Below, in pieces: positions 16,846 through 25,332 of a stretch of DNA of 64,000 bases. Position numbers and translations under genes: made by a program. The stretch is taken from positions 21,775 through 85,774 of IMG/VR virus record IMGVR_UViG_3300005466_000026, one strand, 5' to 3'. This stretch comes from a virus. The notes beneath the pieces were generated by a model. It was given only the letters and a program-made list of their open reading frames with translations. It was not told the DNA's origin and searched no databases. The number at the start of each line of letters is the position of its first letter. Within the stretch, counting starts at the first letter, position 1.

Positions 16846-18849
16846 CTATTTTGGAAGGTCAGCCCACGTGCCGGTCGCGGTTCCCCACGTCCGGCCGTAC
16901 TCGGCGTCCACCATCATGGGAACCTCGAGAGAAACTATCTCGCGCATGATCTGCGTTATCTCGTTCCCTGTCTTCTCACTGGCCTGACTGAAGCCGAGCT
17001 CGTCGTGCATCTGGATGAGCGGTACGTGGCCAGCATCGTAGCACGCTCGCATGGCCATCTTGGTCTGCCGCGCCGCGCTGCCCTGAATGAGACCATTCAT
17101 GGCCTTTCGACACTCGGCCCGCCGCAGTCTCTTGCCGTACCACGGATGGTCCTTGTCCCTCACCCGCTCGCGAGCCTCCTCGATCCGGCAGTAGCCCATC
17201 TTGATCTGGCCGCCGCTGCCCCATCCTCTGCGCCGCTCGTCCTCTGAGAGCCAAGTCGGCTCCCACATGTCGAAGTGAATTCGGGCTCCGTCTATCAGCC
17301 GTATGAACCCGGTGCGACTGGCCTTCTCCTGACACAGAGTGTTCAGCTGCTTGACGAACGGCATCTGCTCGTCGTACTGCGTCATTATCTTCTCGGCCTC
17401 CTCCATGCTCTTGTTGATCATGGAGGCGAACTTCTTCACGCCAGCGCCGTACGACTTCGCGAAATTCGTGTCCTTCGCTGGCTTGCGCGGCAGACCAGTC
17501 ATGTCGGCGACCATGCTGTGAAAGTCGGTGCGCGGATCTGTTCTGTAGCGAGTCGCGGCCTCCAGCGCCTTCTTCAGCTTGTTGCGAACCGCGAAGTGCA
17601 CTATCAGCCGGTACTCCTGCTGAGAGTAGTCCGCCGACATCCACGCCTCGCCCTCCTCGGGCAGGAACAGCCCCCGGATGAGCGTCGCCAGCTCCTCGTT
17701 CCGATGCGGCATCTGCTGCAGCGGGGGGTCGGAGTAGCTGAAGCGATAAGTGCGAGTGCCGCCCTCCTCGGACTTGAACTGATTGATGGAGGCGTGAAGC
17801 CTGCCGAGATGGGCGTAGTCTATGATGTACGACTGAACGAACTTGTGCGCGGCCTCGTGATACTCCTTCGCCTTGACCAGCATGGGAGGGAGCCAGTGCG
17901 GCGAGTCCTTCATCCACTTCTTCTCGAAGCTGCCGCGTCCAGTACCGTCGCGCGGGAACTTGATCTTCAGCTTGGTGAATACGTCCGTCATCCAGCCGTT
18001 GGATCGCAGGTCGTCGATGTCGACGCCGTGTCCCAGCTTGGAGCTGATGTCGCGGAAGGTCTCCCTAGACGTCTCGATGCAGTGTGCCTTCACCTGCTCG
18101 GCGGCCTCTAGATCTACGCGAATGCCGCGCCTGCGCATGGCGTGGACCACCGGCAGGAGATCCATCTCGAGCTGGTACGCGTCTACTGTCTTCTCCTTCT
18201 CCATCAGCGGTCGCAGCTTGTGCGCCAGCTGGAGCGTGCGAACCGCGTCGGTCTCCGCGTACTCTCCCACGAACTTGGCCGGGAGCCGCCACATGTCCGT
18301 CTTCGGATCGATGCCGTAGGACGCCGCTGCGTCTCTGAGAACTCGCTCCTCCTTGCCCGGTAGTCCTTGCCACTCGCAGAGCGCGTCGAGATTGAACTCG
18401 AAGCGGTTCTCGTCTATCATGTTGGCCATGCACGTCGTGTCGTCCACCTGGGATGGACACCCGACGCCGAGATCTACGTCGCCCCATCCCACGTCGAACG
18501 GCGCGTTCTGCATCACGAAGCGGACGCCAGCCCTCTGATGGTCCTTCTCCCATCTGGCGATCTGGTCGGGCTGGAAGCACTCGGTGTCCGGATGCCTGAT
18601 CGGCGCGTAGAAGGACTCGAAGACCTCACCCTTCTTCCACGCTGCGCTGACGCCTATCACGTAGCCAGCCTTCATCGCCCATCCTGGACCGCGCTCGGCC
18701 GCGAGGCCGTCGTCCTTGCACTCGCGGTCGAAGCCTATCTCCTTGCACCTGCGGAGATCAGGCAGCTCAGTCGGCGGCTCCCAGTCGCTGGTCGGCGTGA
18801 ACAGCGGGTCCTGAAAGCCGCCGACGTGATAGTTCTTGCGCTTCTTCAA
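16846..18849 (-). CDS. polA: DNA polymerase, family A (3'-5' exonuclease plus polymerase)
   Basis: ExoI-like FDRECK; motif A SADYSQQEYRL, motif B RKPAKDTNFAKSYG, NGLIQGSAA, motif C IQMHDEL; likely TTG start overlapping the upstream stop. Confidence 0.95.
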   Translation of the reverse strand: MKKRKNYHVGGFQDPLFTPTSDWEPPTELPDLRRCKEIGFDRECKDDGLAAERGPGWAMKAGYVIGVSAAWKKGEVFESFYAPIRHPDTECFQPDQIARWEKDHQRAGVRFVMQNAPFDVGWGDVDLGVGCPSQVDDTTCMANMIDENRFEFNLDALCEWQGLPGKEERVLRDAAASYGIDPKTDMWRLPAKFVGEYAETDAVRTLQLAHKLRPLMEKEKTVDAYQLEMDLLPVVHAMRRRGIRVDLEAAEQVKAHCIETSRETFRDISSKLGHGVDIDDLRSNGWMTDVFTKLKIKFPRDGTGRGSFEKKWMKDSPHWLPPMLVKAKEYHEAAHKFVQSYIIDYAHLGRLHASINQFKSEEGGTRTYRFSYSDPPLQQMPHRNEELATLIRGLFLPEEGEAWMSADYSQQEYRLIVHFAVRNKLKKALEAATRYRTDPRTDFHSMVADMTGLPRKPAKDTNFAKSYGAGVKKFASMINKSMEEAEKIMTQYDEQMPFVKQLNTLCQEKASRTGFIRLIDGARIHFDMWEPTWLSEDERRRGWGSGGQIKMGYCRIEEARERVRDKDHPWYGKRLRRAECRKAMNGLIQGSAARQTKMAMRACYDAGHVPLIQMHDELGFSQASEKTGNEITQIMREIVSLEVPMMVDAEYGRTWGTATGTWADLPK

Positions 18850-19808
18850 GTCTCCGCCTCCCACGCGCGGTCTATCAGGTGATGCTTCTCGTCGCTCGGG
18901 TTCCACTCGTAGAGTGTAGCGACCCACTCCTGCATCTTCTCCCACTCGTGACGATTGGCTTCTTCCTGAAACTTCGGGAAGTACTCTCTGGCGCCGAGAG
19001 GACACAGAGCGATCTTGACGACGTACAAGTTACCCTGCGTCGGCTTGAAGTCGTACAGACTGCGGATGAGCGCGGGCGGCTCTCCGAACTTCGGATCGCA
19101 CACGCTGGCCTCTAGAACCCACAGAGGACCGACTCTTCTGAACCACGTCTCGATGTGCATCTGCGTGAATACGTTGTTGATCACGTCGTCGGTCATCACC
19201 CACGGAGCCAGCGACTCGTGCTGCCCGCCGTCCTCAGGAGTACCGATGACTCTCTTGTCGTCGAACGGTGGTTTAGAGTACGCGTCCACCGACTCTACGC
19301 TGGTGTCGCTGTTCCAGACCTCGCTCATCCTGCGAGCCTCCTCCGCAGTCAGCCGAGGCGCGACGATGATCTTCTTCTCTCGCTCCGGCAGCACCGCGCC
19401 GCGCGAGATCATCTCGGCCTCGATCAGCGTGGCGTAGCGCCGCAGGTCCCGGAGGCAGGCTAGAACGCTGCCGTCCTTGCCGCTCGGGTCGTCGTGTATC
19501 TTCTCGAAGACGTCCTCCTCGCTCAGCTTCTGCACCATCCACTCGGCCAGCTCGTGAGACAGCGTGTACTCCTTGTCCGGGTCCGTAGCTACGTCCTGAA
19601 GGTCCTCTCGGCTGAAGCTCTCCGGCCACGGCACGGAGGCCATCATGTTCAGCAGTCGGTCCATGTTCCTGCGAAACATGAACCACGCGCTTCGTCCACC
19701 GGCCATCTTCCAGCTTCCCTGATAGGTGGCCTCCTTCTCCCTGAGCAGCATGACGTCGCTGTCGGCGACGCGCTGCAGATGCTCCAGATGCTTCATGTCG
19801 TGGCTCAT
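18846..19808 (-). CDS. nucleotide-modification-associated domain 1 (Nmad1/DUF1599-like) protein
   Basis: LREKEATYQGSWK..GG...RRNMDRL...LRDLRRYATLIE pattern; context next to PolA and TS. Confidence 0.65.
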   Translation of the reverse strand: MSHDMKHLEHLQRVADSDVMLLREKEATYQGSWKMAGGRSAWFMFRRNMDRLLNMMASVPWPESFSREDLQDVATDPDKEYTLSHELAEWMVQKLSEEDVFEKIHDDPSGKDGSVLACLRDLRRYATLIEAEMISRGAVLPEREKKIIVAPRLTAEEARRMSEVWNSDTSVESVDAYSKPPFDDKRVIGTPEDGGQHESLAPWVMTDDVINNVFTQMHIETWFRRVGPLWVLEASVCDPKFGEPPALIRSLYDFKPTQGNLYVVKIALCPLGAREYFPKFQEEANRHEWEKMQEWVATLYEWNPSDEKHHLIDRAWEAET

Positions 19809-20311
19809 GATATCTTCACTCCCTTCATCCACTCGTCGACCTTGACGTACTGATACAGCTCGTCCGCCATCTTGAGTGCGATCTCTCTGGTGTCGCGCAT
19901 GGGTATTGCGGCGTACTGATTACCCATCATGAACTCGTGAAAGCAGAACTCGTACATCTCCAGCAGGTCGCAGATCTTGAACCGCTTCCACTCGTCCTCT
20001 CGCATCTGCGGCAGCTCGATCTGCTGATGACCCAGACCCAGTCTCTCGGCCTCGTTGACAGCCGCGCCGTAGCCCTCGACTCGGTGCTTGCCGCCGAACG
20101 GAACGTCGCCGGCGAACTGCTCTCCCATGTCGTGATGCAGGCAGTAGTAGAGAACCTCCGCGCGAGGAATACCGAACACCTCGCAGTAGATCTGCGCGAC
20201 GCGACCCTGATGCTCGATCACGTTCGGCTTTCGCAGAGTCGGCCAAGTGTGCCATCGCGCCACCTGACCGGCTAGATGCCTTGATCTGTAGACTTGATCT
20301 CTAGTAACCAT
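19805..20311 (-). CDS. HD-domain nucleotidase (YfbR-like)
   Basis: VARWH...NVIEH...LHHDMGEQFAGDVP...KICDLLE. Confidence 0.85.
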   Translation of the reverse strand: MVTRDQVYRSRHLAGQVARWHTWPTLRKPNVIEHQGRVAQIYCEVFGIPRAEVLYYCLHHDMGEQFAGDVPFGGKHRVEGYGAAVNEAERLGLGHQQIELPQMREDEWKRFKICDLLEMYEFCFHEFMMGNQYAAIPMRDTREIALKMADELYQYVKVDEWMKGVKIS

Positions 20312-21463
20312 TCACATCCTCCTCGTCATCCACTCGGTGCACGCCACGCGCCAGTCCTCTGACTGGATCTCGTTGGCTGCAGCCACCGCTCTTATCTTCT
20401 GGCCGTCTCTCCACAGACGGTGCGACCGAACAACCGGCTGAGCAACCTCGCAGAACCAGTCGTTCTCGCAATGTCTCAGAGGTACGTCGCTCTCTGTTCG
20501 GTAGCACTCGTCGTGCCACGACATGAACTCGATGACGTCCTCGTCGGCCTTCTCTCCGACCGTGAATACCGGGCGCGTCTTCAGCCGAAGAGAGAAGTAC
20601 CTGTCGTCGTGCAGGGCGCCGACTATGCTGCTCTCCTCCTTGGCCATTCGCTTGGTCATAACGCCGAGCATCGTCTCGTACATGTGAAAGTTGTTCGAGA
20701 GAACGTACAGATCACCCATCGCCACGCCGACGCGAGCAGCCAGATACTCCTGCAGAAAGCTGAAGTGCACCGAGTTCGCGCCGTAGAGTCCCCAGACGAT
20801 GTCGTTACTGCGGCAGCACACCGTCATGTCCAGAACTCTGTTCCCCTTAGATATGACCACGCCGTCCGGCCAGTGATCTGGACCGTCTCCGCGCACTCTG
20901 AGATAGATGTGCGTGTTGCACGGTCTGTCCTTCCACTCGCCGGTGAGGTCCAGAGCGCCGACCTCCTGCTCGCCGACGTTGCCGTTACCCAGACTAACGG
21001 GCAGCGTGACGCTGGAGCAGTCCCACATCTGGATGACGCACTGACGCGTCCCCGGGTCCTTGATCAGCCGATCCACGACCGCTCCCAGCTGATCAAGTCC
21101 GAAGCGGAAGCGCCATCGGTGTCCGTACGCTCCGTGGATCTGACCCCCGGCCTCCCAGTTCGCGCTCCCGCTGGCGCTCTCGGCGAACCGCTGGCCGAAG
21201 TCCGTCACGTAGTGGTTCAGCGTCTCGGCGTCGTCCCTGCCAGCCAGCATCCAGATGGCCTCCACGACGTGAAAGAATGGATTGGCATCTCTCACCTTGC
21301 TGAAGACCACGCGCTCCCACGGTCTCTTGAGGCGCGTGACGACGGGACCGGGGGCGACTAGGCAGGGACCCGCCCGAGTCTTCTCGAGCAGGCCGGAGTT
21401 GATTAGCAGGTGCACTCCCTTCGGGAGTGCCGCCGCTGAGTTCGTGGTGTCGATGACGTGCAT
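20312..21463 (-). CDS. thymidylate synthase homolog, probable dUMP hydroxymethylase
   Basis: RDANPFFH..EAIWMLAG, GAYGHRWR, DPGTRQCV, catalytic PCN, RSNDIVWGLYGAN (Asn at the dUMP/dCMP specificity position), NNFHMY. Confidence 0.9.
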   Translation of the reverse strand: MHVIDTTNSAAALPKGVHLLINSGLLEKTRAGPCLVAPGPVVTRLKRPWERVVFSKVRDANPFFHVVEAIWMLAGRDDAETLNHYVTDFGQRFAESASGSANWEAGGQIHGAYGHRWRFRFGLDQLGAVVDRLIKDPGTRQCVIQMWDCSSVTLPVSLGNGNVGEQEVGALDLTGEWKDRPCNTHIYLRVRGDGPDHWPDGVVISKGNRVLDMTVCCRSNDIVWGLYGANSVHFSFLQEYLAARVGVAMGDLYVLSNNFHMYETMLGVMTKRMAKEESSIVGALHDDRYFSLRLKTRPVFTVGEKADEDVIEFMSWHDECYRTESDVPLRHCENDWFCEVAQPVVRSHRLWRDGQKIRAVAAANEIQSEDWRVACTEWMTRRM

Positions 21464-21479
21464 CTGTGGCTCCTGTCGG

Positions 21480-21758
21480 TCAGAACGGTATCTCGTCGTC
21501 GTCCACCTCGGTGCGGCGTTTGCCGCCTCCGAAGGACGGCTTGTCGTCGCCGCTGCCGCTGCGCTCTGCGCGCTCCTTCGGCTCGAACAGCATGATAACT
21601 ATCTTGTTCTCCTTCTTGGGGTCCGGGACGGGGACGCTGTCCAGGTAGATAGTGATCTGTCCCTTGTCGTTCTGGTGAGCCTGTCCTACTCGGTGCCACC
21701 AGACACCGTCCTCGTTGTACTTAGGTCTCGGAGTCATCGCGTCGTATCTCTTCGGCAT
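21480..21758 (-). CDS. small protein with SSB-like acidic tail
   Basis: W.RVG.A...G.ITIYLDSVP beta-rich core; ends in DDDEIPF. Confidence 0.65.
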   Translation of the reverse strand: MPKRYDAMTPRPKYNEDGVWWHRVGQAHQNDKGQITIYLDSVPVPDPKKENKIVIMLFEPKERAERSGSGDDKPSFGGGKRRTEVDDDEIPF

Positions 21759-22200
21759 GTGGCTGTCCCTTGAGATAGAGTTCTTCCAGCAGTATCGCCG
21801 CCAGACCCGCGCACTCTGGATCGTTGTACCAGCGGCACAATCCAGAGGGATGAGGTAGCTGCCGCCATGTGCATCCGTTCATCTGAACAGGGTGAATAAG
21901 TATCTTGGGGAGCTCCAGTGCACTGCGCACCTGCTCCCCGAACACGACAATGGTACGTCCGGCGTAGAGCGAAGGAAAACGCTCCGCCGCTGCCTTGGCC
22001 ACCGGCCTGCTCCACGTTCTGGAGTTGATCAGGTTGAGCCGCTCGAAGCCGTCCATGTATCCCTTTCGCGTGACCTGCGGCTGGCGCGTCTGCAGAAGCC
22101 TCCAGAGACGGTAGCCGCTGCTCCCGGACGGGAACGGAGCGAGCGCGTACCTGGGATCCGCCGACAGCGGATTGTTCATTCCCAGCAGTACGGCCCTCAC
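21721..22200 (-). CDS. uracil-DNA glycosylase superfamily protein
   Basis: VLLGMN, SGYRLW, LNL, VVFGEQV and LPHPSGLCRWYN; GTGA-coupled start. Confidence 0.7.
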   Translation of the reverse strand: MRAVLLGMNNPLSADPRYALAPFPSGSSGYRLWRLLQTRQPQVTRKGYMDGFERLNLINSRTWSRPVAKAAAERFPSLYAGRTIVVFGEQVRSALELPKILIHPVQMNGCTWRQLPHPSGLCRWYNDPECAGLAAILLEELYLKGQPHAEEIRRDDSET

Positions 22201-22745
22201 ACCAGATTGAGCCACCGAAACACCTTCGCGAACACCTGCTCGCGGGATCCTAAAAAGCATTCCACCTTCTCCTCTTGAAAGTCGTAGTAGTGTCTGCGAC
22301 TCTTTCTGTGCAGCGCCTCGATAGTCTTCTCCTGGATCTTGTGACCGCGCTCACGAACGGCCTTGACGCAGTCCTCCAGAGGCTCGTCTATCAGGGCGAC
22401 CGCTATCGGTAGTCCGGCGTCCCGAAGATCGAGCAGGTTCTGTGGCTTGTCGGTGAAGTTCTTTCCCTCGTAGAGCACGTTGCATCCGAGCTCCAGAGCG
22501 TGGATCCTCATCAGTTCGTACGCCAGCGGTAGACTAGGCAGCGTGTCCAGTCCGCCGTTCGCTATCTCGTAGTGTCCGGGAACGTACAGATGCTTCTCGT
22601 TGATGTTGTTGTGAGTCAGGATGTATCCGGCAGGCTTCTGTCTGCCGGGATACTCCAGCTTGCGGCTCACCGGATAGAAGGACATGATCCTGCGGACCAG
22701 ATGCGACTTGCCCGCGCCGTTCGTTCCCAGGAGACTGATTATCAT
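22197..22745 (-). CDS. P-loop kinase, 5-hmdU DNA kinase / nucleotide kinase-like
   Basis: Walker A GTNGAGKS; GHYE..NGGLDTL and VLYEG motifs typical of modification-associated P-loop kinases. Confidence 0.75.
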   Translation of the reverse strand: MIISLLGTNGAGKSHLVRRIMSFYPVSRKLEYPGRQKPAGYILTHNNINEKHLYVPGHYEIANGGLDTLPSLPLAYELMRIHALELGCNVLYEGKNFTDKPQNLLDLRDAGLPIAVALIDEPLEDCVKAVRERGHKIQEKTIEALHRKSRRHYYDFQEEKVECFLGSREQVFAKVFRWLNLV

Positions 22746-23119
22746 GAGTGCTGATCCAGCTGACTGATCTCGTGCATGTTCGCCAGCGCGAACTCTCGAC
22801 GGTCCTTCTTGTCCATGTCGTAGCACATCAGCAGCCACTGAGGAGTCTCGTACCACTCGCTGGTTCCCCACCGCACGCTGATGGGATTAACTGTTCGCCA
22901 GCTGAACGAGCCGCGATAGTTGACGTAGCTGAAGCGAAGAGTCTGCGTCGGCCGAGCCTCGTCCTGATGCATCTCCAGTATGCGAGCCAGCGCGGACAGA
23001 TGATTGGTCGCCGAGGTGATCACCTCTCGAGCTCCCGTGTAGGACCATGCCGGATGCTCGCGACATAGCCTCTCGATGCTGGCGGCTAGATCTCTCAGGC
23101 TATGCTTCTGCGCTGGCAT
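22742..23119 (-). CDS. WYL-domain protein
   Basis: LRFSYVNYRG....RTVNP......G......QWLL.CYD.DK.DRREF. Confidence 0.75.
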   Translation of the reverse strand: MPAQKHSLRDLAASIERLCREHPAWSYTGAREVITSATNHLSALARILEMHQDEARPTQTLRFSYVNYRGSFSWRTVNPISVRWGTSEWYETPQWLLMCYDMDKKDRREFALANMHEISQLDQHS

Positions 23120-24179
23120 CGTCGCCTCCTCTGGGTCCCTGATAGGCTGGCACCGGCTCGCGATCCTTCCACGGCAGACGCACCACCTTGTCGCGCTGAC
23201 CATGCGAGAGAGCCTCCTGGATGTCTGCCGCCGTCTGCGCGTCGGGCTTGTGCAGCTTGCCCTGACCCATCAGGTCCGGAAGCAGGCCGACGCGATAGCT
23301 GCGATGATTGCACCCTCGGCACGGCGTGAAGTCGCGCTCGCCGCGTATCAGCTTCTCCCTGGCGGCTCCCATCGCGTCGCCCTGCCACAGCTCACCGATG
23401 TTGGTCTCGTTCGTGTTGCCCACGAAGTACGGACTGTCCCACGTGTTGCAGCACAGAGGAACGTTGCCGTCCCAGTGAATGGCGATCTGCCTGAACGGAT
23501 GATGACACCGCTTGCCTGCCATACTGTCGTCGGGCGCGAAGGCGAGGCCAGCGTAGTTGAACACCTTGCCGTGATTGCCAATCTTCTTGTCGGCCGCCTG
23601 CGACGCGAGATCCCGTATCTTCACCAGCGTCCTCGTGCCCGGTCTTCGGCGCTTGTGCGGGTTCCCGCGAATGTCCCGCGGATAGTCGTAGTAGGTGAAG
23701 CCAAGAGGATGCTTGACGCCCGATCGCAGCTTGCCCTTCTCCTCGATGGCCGCGATGACCTTCTCCACGAACTTCACGTTCTCGTAGTCGTCCAGCCCGA
23801 GGACGCTGACGCCAGCGTCGAACAGCGCTGTCACGTTCACCACCGGACCCGGCTTCCTGAGTAGTCCCCCGGCGTTGGTCAGCATCGTGATGTGCGCCTT
23901 CGGCAGACACTCGCGAGTGGCCGCCATCATCCCCACGTAGTCCGGATGCATGGTGGGCTCACCGCGCATGGCGAAGCCGACGCGACAGTTCCAGCCGAGA
24001 GCTCTCACGTCCGTGAGCGCCTTGACCAGCGTCTCCTTCTTCATGAACTCGTATCCCTTGCCCTGCTTCTCCTGTATCGCGGAGACCGCGCAGAAAGGAC
24101 AGTTTAGATTACAGCCGCGCGTCAGCTCCAGCGTGACGTTGAACGGGGGTTCCTGAGTACGGTATCTTCGGCGCGTCAT
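23100..24179 (-). CDS. radical SAM enzyme with SPASM/Twitch domain
   Basis: CNLNCPFC (CxxxCxxC), GEPTMHP, LTNAG; C-terminal CHHPF..IAIHWDGNVPLCC..VGN...PCRGC. Confidence 0.9.
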   Translation of the reverse strand: MTRRRYRTQEPPFNVTLELTRGCNLNCPFCAVSAIQEKQGKGYEFMKKETLVKALTDVRALGWNCRVGFAMRGEPTMHPDYVGMMAATRECLPKAHITMLTNAGGLLRKPGPVVNVTALFDAGVSVLGLDDYENVKFVEKVIAAIEEKGKLRSGVKHPLGFTYYDYPRDIRGNPHKRRRPGTRTLVKIRDLASQAADKKIGNHGKVFNYAGLAFAPDDSMAGKRCHHPFRQIAIHWDGNVPLCCNTWDSPYFVGNTNETNIGELWQGDAMGAAREKLIRGERDFTPCRGCNHRSYRVGLLPDLMGQGKLHKPDAQTAADIQEALSHGQRDKVVRLPWKDREPVPAYQGPRGGDDASAEA

Positions 24180-25126
24180 AGGTTCTTCTCCAGTCTGTTG
24201 TAGGCCTCTAGGACCTTGTCCTTCAGATCTCGCTTCTCGCGAGCAGCCTTCAGCCACCATCGGTCCTGCTGCTCCTTCAGTATCTCTGCCCGTCTGGACA
24301 TCCTGCGCTGAACGGAGGCCGCGTTGCTGACCAGGAAGTCTCCTGGGTCATAGCCTGCCTTGCGCAGCGTGTAGCCCGCCTCCTCCTGGAACACCATAGG
24401 AAGTCCGCCGCTGAGCATCTCGTAGAAGCGGTTGGGAGGCGAGTGGAAGTTGCTGTGCGACTTGGCGTCCTCGAGATAGAGGCCGAGGCCGTGCCGTCCC
24501 AGCTCGGAGTGCAGATCCTCTATCTTCTTGACGTGTCGCACGTTGGGTCCGTTGTACTTCTGCTCGAACCGACTTGTCGGCGAGGAGATGGTTATGGGCA
24601 GCGACGGACTGTTGAAGAACTTGTCGAACGCCTTGGTTCGGCCGGCTCGGAAGCTTCCGTAGTAGAAGAGGTCTCCGGCGTCCTTCTTATTCAGAGGCGG
24701 CTTCTCCTCCTCGAACCCCAGAGCGTTCCAGTTTATCAGCGAGCTGAGAGTCGTGAGCTTGCTCTCCCTCTCGCAGGTCGTCCAGAACTCCAGGTGCGAC
24801 TTACCCGCCTTGCGTCGGTCGACGAACGCCTTGCGGAACGGCGACGTAGCGTCGCCGTCGTTGATGGGCGGAACTATGGTGTAGTCCTGCTGTATCCAGA
24901 CGATGCGCCTGACGCCGCGTATGGCGTGCGACAGCGGCTCTAGATGCTTGCAGAAGGCGTATGCCCCGTTCACTATGAAGAGGACGTCCGCCGTCTTGTA
25001 GAGCTCAATGGTCTCGTCGTCCACCAGCGGCAGGTCCAGCGTCTTGCTGAGAAAGAACGCCGCCTTGACCGACGCGACCATCGACTTCTCGCTGCACGCT
25101 ATGAAGCTGAATATGGCTGCCTTCAC
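24176..25126 (-). CDS. DNA beta-glucosyltransferase-like (T4 BGT/GT63-like) glycosyltransferase
   Basis: Colinear matches to T4 BGT as recalled: MKAAI/MKIAI, DVLFIVN/DRLIVVN, IVWIQQD/IYYLFTD, DLFYYGSFRAGR/DVIYGGSFRSGQR, NRFYE/LRVWE, FLVSN/FYVNN. Confidence 0.75.
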   Translation of the reverse strand: MKAAIFSFIACSEKSMVASVKAAFFLSKTLDLPLVDDETIELYKTADVLFIVNGAYAFCKHLEPLSHAIRGVRRIVWIQQDYTIVPPINDGDATSPFRKAFVDRRKAGKSHLEFWTTCERESKLTTLSSLINWNALGFEEEKPPLNKKDAGDLFYYGSFRAGRTKAFDKFFNSPSLPITISSPTSRFEQKYNGPNVRHVKKIEDLHSELGRHGLGLYLEDAKSHSNFHSPPNRFYEMLSGGLPMVFQEEAGYTLRKAGYDPGDFLVSNAASVQRRMSRRAEILKEQQDRWWLKAAREKRDLKDKVLEAYNRLEKNL

Positions 25127-25332
25127 GTCTCACCTCTCTGCTTCTGGAAGTCCCTGACTTGGTTAATTATCCTCTGCTTCGCGCCCGAAGCCAAGTTCTG
25201 AATGGCTCTCTGCTGCCAGCACGTGGGATCTCGCGGCGGCAGATGCGAGACGTAGTCTGCGTAGCTGAGAACGTCTCCGTAGTCGGAGTCCGTGTCCCGA
25301 GCGATCTTGAGAAGCGGATAGCTGGTGCTCAT
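25123..25332 (-). CDS. hypothetical protein
   Basis: 69 aa, coupled at both ends. Confidence 0.55.
   Translation of the reverse strand: MSTSYPLLKIARDTDSDYGDVLSYADYVSHLPPRDPTCWQQRAIQNLASGAKQRIINQVRDFQKQRGET

Noticed and set aside
19805-20311. DatZ of a 2-aminoadenine (Z) genome
   Set aside because: The HD fold is similar, but no PurZ is in the window and the context is a dUMP hydroxymethylase pathway.
20312-21463. dCMP hydroxymethylase (T4-like hmC pathway)
   Set aside because: Asn rather than Asp at the specificity position, YuA/M6-like motifs and a linked aGPT-Pplase1 favour dUMP; not fully excluded without an assay.
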